This document shows, one piece after another, positions 9,784 to 17,909 of a DNA stretch of 64,000 bases. Source of the DNA: Pyrinomonadaceae bacterium (GTDB lineage Bacteria; Acidobacteriota; Blastocatellia; Pyrinomonadales; Pyrinomonadaceae). The notes under the pieces are model-generated. The model had not been told where the DNA came from. It ran no database searches and saw nothing but the letters and a program-made list of their open reading frames with translations. How positions within the stretch are numbered: the first letter of the stretch is position 1; each line of letters starts with the position of its first letter. The stretch spans positions 13,016-77,015 of the forward strand of contig JBPCLZ010000001.1 in NCBI GenBank assembly GCA_051002775.1. Direction: 5' to 3'. The position numbers and the translations under genes were made by a program.

Positions 9784-11163
9784 TTACTTCGCATACGAAT
9801 CCCAAATCTCACCCATAAAGAAACGTCCAAAATCTGCCACCACCTTAAGGCTTTGCGCCGCCGAAGTTGTGTTGGTGGCGTGAATCGTCGGAATCAATCC
9901 GATTAACTGCTCGCGTTTAATGTAGATCACGCCGGCCCCCACCACCGGCCCCTTGGCGTCCTTTCCTTTATGCAGACGAGTGAACAAAGTGGTGATATCG
10001 GCCCACATATCAAAGCCGGGACCGTCGTGAACGAACTTTTTGCCTGCCAGGTAATACGAGTCGCCCTCATGCTCGAAAGCCATTTCATAAATGAAGTGCT
10101 TGGTTTTTGGATCGTCGCTGGGGCTAAATAGATTCCAAATTGCATTCGTGGTGGGAATGTTAATGCCCATCGGCGCGAAGTCGATGCGAGCAGTGATCGG
10201 CGCGAAGTGTTGCGCATCCTCGATGAACCCATAGATATCTTTAACGTCGATGTCGCAATGAATCGATAGCTTTGTACCGGCCGCATCTCCCTTCTTCTCG
10301 CCGGTACGCGGATCGGTTTCGCCAAGCGAGAAACCGCCAGTCATTGTTTCGCGAAAGCTGACACCTGGTTTTGTTTGTGCAGTCATCATGAGTGTCTCCG
10401 GTTGCAGCGGAAGCCCTGCGGCGGGCACCTCGCTTAGATATTGTTTGGCTTGCGCATAGCCCATGTCGATTAGACCTGCGGTGGTAATGCGATTGAGATA
10501 GAGTTCCGGATCGAGTGGCAACTCCGCGGCGGGCTTAATGAGATGTAACCTGATCGGACGCTTGTGGCCGAAAGGCTTTTCACCCTGACTGATGCGCGCG
10601 TTGATTTCATTGATACGCTCAAACTCATCAATCAACGAACCGTTAGCGCTCATCTCGATCATGTGAACATACTGGTTGAAAAATCCGGTCTTAAATTCAG
10701 GCGTGTTGTTGATAATCCAAAGCACCCACAATTCTTCAGCTCCGCGTTGAACTGCTTCAAGCAAATTTGCATCCTTGAGCCAAACTGAGTCGGTGTACCA
10801 CACATCGCTTTTGCGAACCGGCGGCATGAATATCGGCAAACGCGGCGCCGGACGTGGTCCATGAGTGCACGCGATGGCAATGCTGTACTCGATGTACTTC
10901 CCGATCACCGTGTCGCGGTAATCAATGACGGTGATTACAAGTAAACCTTTGTTCCAAAGTCGCAAGGGGTAGATCTCGTTGCCGGGCAAAAGCGCGCGTG
11001 CCTTGTCAGCGTTAATTGAAAACGCTGCCATCAGACACGGCGAAGTGCGGCAATAAACTGGCAGGTGGAAAGGAATACCATCCACCAAAGAGTACCGACC
11101 GGATTGTGCTCGCAAGCGTTTGGGGATTCCCATTGCGCCTCCTTCACTTTGCTGCGGAGACAT
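9784..11163 (-). CDS. Chimeric hypothetical protein: acetoacetate-decarboxylase-like N-terminal fragment, central segment of uncertain (possibly patatin-half-like) origin, and a C-terminal module shared with the GMC oxidase at 14903-17323
   Basis: 459 aa. aa ~25-105 (..IYPLRLWNKGLLVITVIDYRDTVIGKYIEYSIAIA) look ADC-like. aa ~266-459 align with the last ~200 aa of the 806-aa GMC protein (F-E-M-G-FS, YY..G.K..HD, W.D.TTL, F.RFF.G...D.Y). The start could instead be Met11. Confidence 0.6.
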   Translation of the reverse strand: MSPQQSEGGAMGIPKRLRAQSGRYSLVDGIPFHLPVYCRTSPCLMAAFSINADKARALLPGNEIYPLRLWNKGLLVITVIDYRDTVIGKYIEYSIAIACTHGPRPAPRLPIFMPPVRKSDVWYTDSVWLKDANLLEAVQRGAEELWVLWIINNTPEFKTGFFNQYVHMIEMSANGSLIDEFERINEINARISQGEKPFGHKRPIRLHLIKPAAELPLDPELYLNRITTAGLIDMGYAQAKQYLSEVPAAGLPLQPETLMMTAQTKPGVSFRETMTGGFSLGETDPRTGEKKGDAAGTKLSIHCDIDVKDIYGFIEDAQHFAPITARIDFAPMGINIPTTNAIWNLFSPSDDPKTKHFIYEMAFEHEGDSYYLAGKKFVHDGPGFDMWADITTLFTRLHKGKDAKGPVVGAGVIYIKREQLIGLIPTIHATNTTSAAQSLKVVADFGRFFMGEIWDSYAK

Positions 11164-11182
11164 GGAGTCTCAGTGAGTCATT

Positions 11183-11283
11183 CAAAACAAAAAATCTCAC
11201 AGGTTATGAAGGGCGGCTTGCCCCCGCTCCTGGCTGAATGGCATTTAACGAGCGGGCAAGCCGCCCTTCCCAACCTGTGAGAT
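11183..11283 (-). terminator. Long-stem rho-independent terminator between the alpha/beta hydrolase gene and the 459-aa gene
   Basis: ~34-bp arms at 11194-11229 and 11250-11283 (ATCTCACAGGTT..AAGGGCGGCTTGCCC..CGCTC and complement). On the minus strand they are followed by TTTTTTGTTTTG. Confidence 0.6.
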
Positions 11284-11331
11284 GCTGTAACTTGAATCAT
11301 CTTCCGAACCGGTAGTGCTTCTGCGCCGCTT

Positions 11332-12393
11332 CTAATGCTTTTCATTGAGTGCCGCGAGGATGACGGGAAATGTATCTTTGGCTGCATTCTTGCCCATGAA
11401 AACATCGAGATGTCCATAGGCCGGAAAGATATGCAAACCATGAAAGTTTTTGTGTTGCTGGTTGAGCCACTCGAAAGTTTTCACCTGACTGTCGGGCAGA
11501 AAGCAGAAGTTTTTCGCGCCGGCAGTTAATACAAAACGGGCATCGGTCTGTGGTGGTTGCGCACAAAAATCGGCAGGTAGTTCTTTAAAGCCGTCCACCG
11601 AAATGAGATTGCCTTTGCGAACGCAACGCGCCATCTGTTTGAAGAAGGTTAGCGGCACGCTGGCAAATTCCTGCTTTAGCCATTCGTGCGTGTCGTTGTT
11701 TATGTTTTCGTGTCGCCACAGTGCAGGAAAGCCGGTGCCGTAAGTGAAGCTGACTTGTTTGCAAACCGCATTTTTGCACTCGTGGTGTGTTGCATTCACC
11801 AGCAACGAAACTGCCTTGGCCGTAAACGTTGGTGCGTGCAGGCCCCATTGCGGATTCAAATAATCCGTCAACAAACTCATGATGGGAACTGCTACATTTA
11901 ACTTCGTCTCGGAAAACTTCGGCACCACCGGATGGAGCGTGACGGCGTTTGCGACGATCGTTTTGACCTGTGGTAAAAGGCCGGCAACCGCCGACATCAT
12001 GAAACTCGTCGAGCCCTGACAGTGGATGATTGCTTTAACTTCGTCAGCGCCGGTTTTCTCGACAATCGTCTTGATTGCGGCAGGATGGTCATAAACAGCA
12101 GCCTTGTCGAGCGTCCATTCATTCGGCGGCAGGTCGATGCTGGCTCGCCAGTTTTCCAGCCAAACGTCGTAACCGTAATTGATCAACTCATCAACGATCG
12201 TGGTCTTTACGGGAGCGCGAAAGAGATTGGCTCGTACTCCCGCGCCATGGACCAGAATCACCGGGCCGCGCGTTGCCGGCTTCTCGCCCTGCACGTGGAT
12301 GAGATTGCACTTGAAGCCGTCACCCGCGGTGAAGACAACAGTCGTTTCTTCAAACTTTGTCACGGCTGACTGATCCTGCCCGAGTTGTGACAT
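11332..12393 (-). CDS. Alpha/beta-fold hydrolase with Cys at the nucleophile-elbow position (PhaC-like lipase-box variant)
   Basis: 353 aa. Oxyanion region PVILVHGAG, elbow AIIHCQGSTS (Cys codon at 12019-12021) and C-terminal ..PAYGHLDVF (putative His). Confidence 0.7.
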   Translation of the reverse strand: MSQLGQDQSAVTKFEETTVVFTAGDGFKCNLIHVQGEKPATRGPVILVHGAGVRANLFRAPVKTTIVDELINYGYDVWLENWRASIDLPPNEWTLDKAAVYDHPAAIKTIVEKTGADEVKAIIHCQGSTSFMMSAVAGLLPQVKTIVANAVTLHPVVPKFSETKLNVAVPIMSLLTDYLNPQWGLHAPTFTAKAVSLLVNATHHECKNAVCKQVSFTYGTGFPALWRHENINNDTHEWLKQEFASVPLTFFKQMARCVRKGNLISVDGFKELPADFCAQPPQTDARFVLTAGAKNFCFLPDSQVKTFEWLNQQHKNFHGLHIFPAYGHLDVFMGKNAAKDTFPVILAALNEKH

Positions 12394-12461
12394 GGTTTAC
12401 TTTCTCTATTACTTCACTGACGATCGCTGACCGTCCAGTTGGCAAACAAATCGGGAGAACT

Positions 12462-12591
12462 CAGTGCAGAACCCCGACGCCTGGGGGTAGGTACCGGAGC
12501 TAGGTTCCACGCCAAATAAAGCATCCGAGTGGCCTTCAACCTTGGATGCCAACATCCGGTCGCTACCCCGAGGCGTCGGGGTTCTGCACTG
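12462..12591. repeat. Inverted-repeat element in the intergenic gap of the cluster
   Basis: 29-bp arms CAGTGCAGAACCCCGACGCCTGGGGGTAG (12462-12490) and CTACCCCGAGGCGTCGGGGTTCTGCACTG (12563-12591), with one mismatch. Each arm also holds a small internal palindrome. Confidence 0.8.
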
Positions 12592-12608
12592 ATTGCACTT
12601 CACAGTTT

Positions 12609-14852
12609 TTAGCACTCCTTCTCAACCGGGATCGGCGCCGCTTCGGATGGCGGTCGCTTAATGGTAATTGGAGTTTCAATGAGTTCCGGCGTTCGCAAAT
12701 CCACGTCGGCGGCATCGAAGTCGGAACCCGGTTCATCGTGAGCGCGCTTTCGCCAGTAGCGAGCAACCTTGGGAACACCAATGGGGTAAATCGTTAAATC
12801 GCCGTTAGCAGAAATTCTAATCCTCAGAAAGTTCTTCCAGTCTGGAATTGCTAATGACGAAAATGCTTCATTTGAGTGGCGATGAAAAATGTTTAGAGAG
12901 ATGAAAAGATAGGTTCCCATAATCAGCGAACCAATGAGCCAGCCAAAAAGAAGCATGAATATCGCAGAAAAAACCAATTGACCCGGAGACTTAAAACTAA
13001 AACGCATCCATTCACTAAGCCAGGGATGCAGCAAAGAGACGCTGATGTAGGCGGCCGTCCAACCGATGACGAAAGTCGCCAGCAGGTGGGACAGACCATG
13101 AAAGCAGCCCGCGATTAGGCGATACGGTTTCGAGTGAGTATCAGTGAATACTAAGAACCCAATGAAAAGAGCGAGAATCCAAAACACTGCGCCGGGACTG
13201 ATCATCGCCGTCGAAAGTGTGGTCTTTACTGCCTTCCCAAAATCCGTAAACCCAAAGGAGCCGACATCGGCCATGACGGTCCAGGCGGTAAGCACATATA
13301 GAATGGCCGTCAAAATACCGAATTTGGGATTAAGTAACGGAAACTTAAAATTGGACCAGCCTAGCTTTCGCGAAACCTCGGCTGGCGGATAACTTGCTCG
13401 CAGTTCGAAACCTCCGTCGAGTTTCTCAGCCGCTTCACCGTGAGTCGGATGCAAGAAAGCACCACCGCCTCCGGCAGTGATTTTTTGTACGTTGTCCGCT
13501 GATTCATAGCGGCGATAGTGATGCTCGTCACCCGCAATGAAAGCCACCACCCGCGCGCGGTCGCCAATAATTTTCTTTTCCAGGTAAGCCAGATTGTTCT
13601 CGTTGAAATTCGCGTCGTCTTTCCCGTAGAGCTTTGCATAGACCCAATGCGGTTCAGCGGTGCAGATAATCACGTGATCGCCGGGTTGCATGTGGGTGGC
13701 AACATCTCGGAAATAGTCGATCTGCGGGACGTCTATGTCCGAATCCAATTGCACATCCGTGCCCAGCAGCCACCAACGTCCCGGCAAATGGAGGGCGAAA
13801 TAGCTGCGTTGCTGTTTCGTCTGCCAGCCGGCAAACCATCGCTTTTGACAAAACAGCCGGGAAAATGAAACGAGACTGTCGTACCAATCGTGATTGCCGG
13901 GAACGGCGTAAACGTGCGGATGAGAATCTCCCGAGCGATAGAGCGCTGTTTCGTAAGGCTGCACGAGTCGCCGTTGATATTCGGCGCGACTTGCCGTCGG
14001 GTAAACCTGATCTCCGCCAAAGATCAATATGTCGGCACGTTTCGTCGAGCGGTTAAGATCGTCCGGGTCAAATGGGTTTGTCAGTTCCAATGTGGGCTGC
14101 GCGATAAGGTATGCGAGCGTGTAAGTTGAATCCCAACCGTCCCCGACATCGCCGATGTAATCCAACCAGATTTCGTCGCGCAGTGGCTTACTGTCATCAG
14201 GGTTCGCTTGAGCATCGCGGCCAAGCTGGAAATCCCTCGTGTAGTCGTAATACTGATCGCTGCCGGGCGACAGTGCCTCCATCAGCCGGTAGTCGGAGTG
14301 ACGACCGAACATCGTTGAGGTAACAACTCTCATTGCTGTCCGGGCGAGTTGACCCGGATTGTACCAGCCCACCATTGAGGCCGGATCGATGACTCGGAAA
14401 CGCCAGATAAAGATTCGTTCACCCTTGGCGCCAAGTTGTTGGCTATCAAAGACGAAACTCAAATCCTGGTCCGTTTGAAATTTCTTCTGGTGCTTTTTGA
14501 CGGTTTGAATGCGGATGCCCCATTGCTGGATAGAGCTGGGATTCCGTGTCATTGCGACGACGCCGTCGCCCGCGGTCTGCAGCCGAAAAACGTTCGGCCG
14601 GTTAGGAACCCGTTTTACCACCGGCGTTTCCGGAGAGTCTTCCACCGAAACTGAACGGTCGCTTTCGGTACCATTCAAGGAAAAGGTGAGCTCAGTTCCG
14701 ACTGTGAGGGCCCCAAGGTCAGCGAGATAGGTTTCCGTGTTTTTCGTGATCTGCCTCGCGAGCTTGTAGGAAAACTCGGCAGTGAAACCCATATATTCGC
14801 GGGCGAACGACAGTGCGTCTTCGTGGGGTAGCGACTTGAAGCGTACTTCCAT
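12609..14852 (-). CDS. Calcineurin-like metallophosphoesterase fused to a C-terminal polytopic membrane domain, with an unknown ~230-aa N-terminal domain
   Basis: 747 aa. Motifs DYIGDVGDG, IFGGDQVYP, VPGNHDW, IAGDEHHY and GGGGAFLHP. They are followed by ~5 hydrophobic helices (FGILTAILYVLTAWTV.., AVFWILALFIGFLVF.., LIAGCFHGLSHLLATFVIGW.., LVFSAIFMLLFGWLIGSLIMGTYLFI). Confidence 0.75.
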   Translation of the reverse strand: MEVRFKSLPHEDALSFAREYMGFTAEFSYKLARQITKNTETYLADLGALTVGTELTFSLNGTESDRSVSVEDSPETPVVKRVPNRPNVFRLQTAGDGVVAMTRNPSSIQQWGIRIQTVKKHQKKFQTDQDLSFVFDSQQLGAKGERIFIWRFRVIDPASMVGWYNPGQLARTAMRVVTSTMFGRHSDYRLMEALSPGSDQYYDYTRDFQLGRDAQANPDDSKPLRDEIWLDYIGDVGDGWDSTYTLAYLIAQPTLELTNPFDPDDLNRSTKRADILIFGGDQVYPTASRAEYQRRLVQPYETALYRSGDSHPHVYAVPGNHDWYDSLVSFSRLFCQKRWFAGWQTKQQRSYFALHLPGRWWLLGTDVQLDSDIDVPQIDYFRDVATHMQPGDHVIICTAEPHWVYAKLYGKDDANFNENNLAYLEKKIIGDRARVVAFIAGDEHHYRRYESADNVQKITAGGGGAFLHPTHGEAAEKLDGGFELRASYPPAEVSRKLGWSNFKFPLLNPKFGILTAILYVLTAWTVMADVGSFGFTDFGKAVKTTLSTAMISPGAVFWILALFIGFLVFTDTHSKPYRLIAGCFHGLSHLLATFVIGWTAAYISVSLLHPWLSEWMRFSFKSPGQLVFSAIFMLLFGWLIGSLIMGTYLFISLNIFHRHSNEAFSSLAIPDWKNFLRIRISANGDLTIYPIGVPKVARYWRKRAHDEPGSDFDAADVDLRTPELIETPITIKRPPSEAAPIPVEKEC

Positions 14853-14902
14853 TGGGTTTGTCCTTCCGGCTGCGGGAATTCGCGGGCTTTTCCCGTGGGC
14901 AT

Positions 14903-17323
14903 TTACATCAGATTCGCGCCGTAGGTATCAACGAGCTGACCGCCAAAGAAACGTGCAAACTTGAGCATCGCCTGCAAACGCTCAGTTAATCCTTTAGCGT
15001 TCGTCACCTGCATGGTGGTCATTTGTCGCATAAAAGATGCAACCGGGATGCGCAGGATTCCTTTGCCCAGTACCCGCCCTTGATCGTTCTCGCCTTCGTA
15101 CAGCGTGATGTATAGCGTGGTGGTGTCGGACCAGCTATCAACCTGCGCTGCGTCGTGAATGGCTTTGAAGCCGTAGAAGTAATAGGTCTTACCGTCGACG
15201 GAAGAAAGCCTCATCTTGTATTGCATGCGCTTTGTTTCTACGTTTTCCCGATCGAGGAGAAAATAATTGAATTGCCCTTCAGTGACTGTTAGTGGTTGAT
15301 TGGAGAGTGCGGGTGCCACCACGCTGCCGAGCATTGGCGATACGTAGTTTACGTCCTGGACTGTGCGCTCCAGGTCGTCGGAAATTATCGTAAGAATAAA
15401 CTGGAATGGTGAGCCGTCCGCGCGACCCTGGTCTACGCCCCGTTGATACGCATCGTCAGCGTCATCAGTGACACTGGTTGAAAAATAGCCGCTCATACTT
15501 TCCGAGAACCTGACCCCGATTTTTGGCGGAAGCGTCGGAGCCTGCGGCTTCGATGGCAGTGCACAATCAAATTTCCATCGTCGGTCCTCCGCCATTATTG
15601 CGCAGCATCGTTCCGCTATAGCGGAAATGGTCAACAGGGGATTGACGCCTACTGGCCGCGGGATCACTGAGCCGTCGCTTACATAAAGGCTATCGTAGAC
15701 GGTGGTGCCCTGTGTTCCGGAAAAGACCTGCCCCTTATGATTCACCACGCCCGTTTCGGCACTATCGGCCATCACGCAACCACCCAGGGGATGAACGGTT
15801 ACCAGATCCTCGCCAGTGATCTTATTAGTAATAGGATCCTTCAGATACGTGCCGCCGAGAGCAACAGTCGCTTGTTTAAGTTTATCGCCGACTTTATGAA
15901 AAATAGGTTGGTGGCCCACGTTGGGCCAGTGTATGCGAAGCCGATCGTCTTCGAGCCTTAGTTGGCCCTTATCGTCGTCATGGGACATAACCAGGAAAGT
16001 CTGCGTGTTACGGATCGCACCGTGGTAAGCGCCGCGCACAAAACTCTCCAATTCGCGCGCGCGTTCCTGAATTCTGTCTTTCACCCCGGTGTCGGTATCT
16101 TTGCCGAGCAGCGCTGCCGCAGAGGAAAACAGTCCCGGTAAAAAAGCGGAGAAGGGTCCGGCAATAGAACCCTCTTCAATCACAAAGCCATCCGCCAGTG
16201 GCTGGTCCTTATGGCGCAGATCAACGATGCCCGTAATGCATGGACCAACCTTCTGTCTCACTTTGCCGTTATCGACAGGCGGCCGGTGGCCGAAACCGAT
16301 GCCATTAATTTCGTCGTCGCAGTTGTATGCAAAGGCAAGCACATCGCCATTGCCGGTAAAGTTTTCGCCGACCCGATTAGAAAGCACGAGTTGCCCATTG
16401 TTCTTCGAGCGCAACAATACTTCCGTAGAACCCAGGGTGCCGGCTGCCAGCACGACGATCTCTGCACTAACAAACATCGTGGGTGCATCAAACTTCTCTC
16501 GTCCCGTGTTTACCAGTTGATAGTGGACCAGCCAACGATTGTCCTTACGCGATATATAGCGCACTGACACTTCGGTAAAGATTTCTGCGCCATGATTCTT
16601 CGCGTCAGGCAGGTAGTTCATCAGAACAGTGTTCTTGGCGCGATAATTACAACCGGTCATGCAATCGCCACAACCCACACAGGGATGCTGCTCGACTCCG
16701 ACGTCGTTGAGGTTACCGGCAAACTCGGCGAAAGTTACGTTGATTGGCGGACGATAGAATGGCTGGTTCAAATATTCCGCGGACTTTTTTAGCGCTTTCA
16801 GTTTTTCAAGCGGAGGATACTCGTCGGGTTTGGACTCGTCGGGATAAGGTGACGGCTTCAGCATATCGCGGGCCCGTTTGTATCCGTCGTCCAGAATATT
16901 TGGCGTATCGCGAAACTGCCTGGGCCATTCCGGCAATTGGAAGACGCGCGGATCCGCCTGGAGCGCAACGTTCGCGTTGACCAGCGATGTGCCTCCCAAA
17001 CCACAGCCGACAAAAACGTTGATCTCTTCGTTCATACGCAGGTCATAAAGGCCAGTGCGCGAGCCGGTGTGCAGTTTCGGTAAGTCAACCTGCACTTCGC
17101 GCACAGCCTCGGCTTCCGTATCGGGATACTCGCCATTCTTTATCAGTTGATGTTTAGCGTCGAAGTCGCCTGGCTGGAACTCTTTGCCGCGTTCAAGTAG
17201 GCAAACTTCCTGACCAGCACGAGCCATGCGCGACGCAGTAATACCGCCGCCGTAACCAGAACCGACGACTATGATTTGGTAGTGACTCTTGAGGCGCTCG
17301 ATGGGTGACGAAAGACGAGCCAT
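14903..17323 (-). CDS. GMC-family FAD oxidoreductase (cholesterol-oxidase-like) with an extra ~200-aa C-terminal module
   Basis: 806 aa. IIVVGSGYGGGITASRMARAG (FAD), GCGLGGTSLVNANV, HPCVGCGDCMTGCNYRAKNT, HPLGGCVM...GVVNHKGQV...LYVSDGSVIPRPVGVNPLLTISAIAERC. A strong SD (AAGGAG) lies 6 nt upstream. Confidence 0.85.
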   Translation of the reverse strand: MARLSSPIERLKSHYQIIVVGSGYGGGITASRMARAGQEVCLLERGKEFQPGDFDAKHQLIKNGEYPDTEAEAVREVQVDLPKLHTGSRTGLYDLRMNEEINVFVGCGLGGTSLVNANVALQADPRVFQLPEWPRQFRDTPNILDDGYKRARDMLKPSPYPDESKPDEYPPLEKLKALKKSAEYLNQPFYRPPINVTFAEFAGNLNDVGVEQHPCVGCGDCMTGCNYRAKNTVLMNYLPDAKNHGAEIFTEVSVRYISRKDNRWLVHYQLVNTGREKFDAPTMFVSAEIVVLAAGTLGSTEVLLRSKNNGQLVLSNRVGENFTGNGDVLAFAYNCDDEINGIGFGHRPPVDNGKVRQKVGPCITGIVDLRHKDQPLADGFVIEEGSIAGPFSAFLPGLFSSAAALLGKDTDTGVKDRIQERARELESFVRGAYHGAIRNTQTFLVMSHDDDKGQLRLEDDRLRIHWPNVGHQPIFHKVGDKLKQATVALGGTYLKDPITNKITGEDLVTVHPLGGCVMADSAETGVVNHKGQVFSGTQGTTVYDSLYVSDGSVIPRPVGVNPLLTISAIAERCCAIMAEDRRWKFDCALPSKPQAPTLPPKIGVRFSESMSGYFSTSVTDDADDAYQRGVDQGRADGSPFQFILTIISDDLERTVQDVNYVSPMLGSVVAPALSNQPLTVTEGQFNYFLLDRENVETKRMQYKMRLSSVDGKTYYFYGFKAIHDAAQVDSWSDTTTLYITLYEGENDQGRVLGKGILRIPVASFMRQMTTMQVTNAKGLTERLQAMLKFARFFGGQLVDTYGANLM

Positions 17324-17468
17324 GAAGTGGCTCCTTTCTGAGGAAATGAGTTTTACGCGTCGGGATGCTCAGGTGTGAGCTGAGCTACCGCTGGCTGTTA
17401 AAGAAATGCTGCGAGAAAACTTTGCCAGCTAAAAATCGAATCCTTGCGTTGACTGAGGCGTTATATGC

Positions 17469-17498
17469 CAGAACCCTTGCTATGGTCAATAGAAAACC
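17469..17498 (-). promoter_or_regulatory. Candidate sigma70-type promoter for the GMC-led cluster
   Basis: On the minus strand: TTGACC, 18 nt, TATAAC, about 145 nt upstream of the start codon. Pattern match only. Confidence 0.3.
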
Positions 17499-17510
17499 TA
17501 GCAGATTCGG

Positions 17511-17805
17511 ATGTCCGATAAGCTTTAGCTTGTCGTGACGCTGCGACAAACTAAAGGAAGCTCTGATCAAGTGGCTTCGACGCGTAGCCTCGGCGTGAAT
17601 TTAGCCCGGTCTTTCAAGGCCAGGAAGAGGAGTCAACAAACCAGGCCGCGTCGCGTTAGCGACGCCTGAAACGGGGCAGATTCAACCGTCGCTACGCGAC
17701 GAGGATCACCATGACCTGGTCCCGGCGTTAAAACGCCGGGCTAAATTCATACCGACGCTACGCGTCGAGGACACTTGATCAGACCTTTCCAAAGTTTATC
17801 GGACA
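17511..17805. repeat. Repeat family B copy (terminal inverted repeats ATGTCCGATAAGCTT.. / ..AAGTTTATCGGACAT) carrying a nested family C element
   Basis: The ends match the B copies at 25754-25901, 28897-28953 and 35643-35884. The interior is occupied by the 220-bp element at 17563-17782. Confidence 0.8.
17563..17782. mobile_element. Family C MITE-like element, copy 1 (~220 bp, ~55-bp terminal inverted repeats, no ORF)
   Basis: CTGATCAAGTGGCTTCGACGCGTAGC..GAATTTAGCCCGG ... CCGGGCTAAATTC..GCTACGCGTCGAGGACACTTGATCAG. Near-identical to 41137-41355 in the same orientation. Confidence 0.8.
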
Positions 17806-17830
17806 TTTGCAGCGAGCCTGACCACAGTAT

Positions 17831-17874
17831 TTAGAAAACCCGCGGTCCTTCCCTTAAAGGGAAAAGCCGCGGGT
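17831..17874 (-). terminator. Rho-independent terminator downstream of ssb
   Basis: Minus strand: ACCCGCGGCTTTTCCC-TTTAA-GGGAAGGACCGCGGGT followed by TTTCTAAAT. Confidence 0.6.
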
Positions 17875-17909
17875 GCCATTTCTCGAACTAACCTGGAAAT
17901 TATCTGAAT

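Noticed and set aside
17385-17570. 61-aa ORF (..RHDKLKLIGHPN..), and similar short ORFs at 8565-8852, 8701-8886 and 19842-20057
   Set aside because: They are reading frames through repeat families A and B. The same peptide strings recur wherever the repeats occur.
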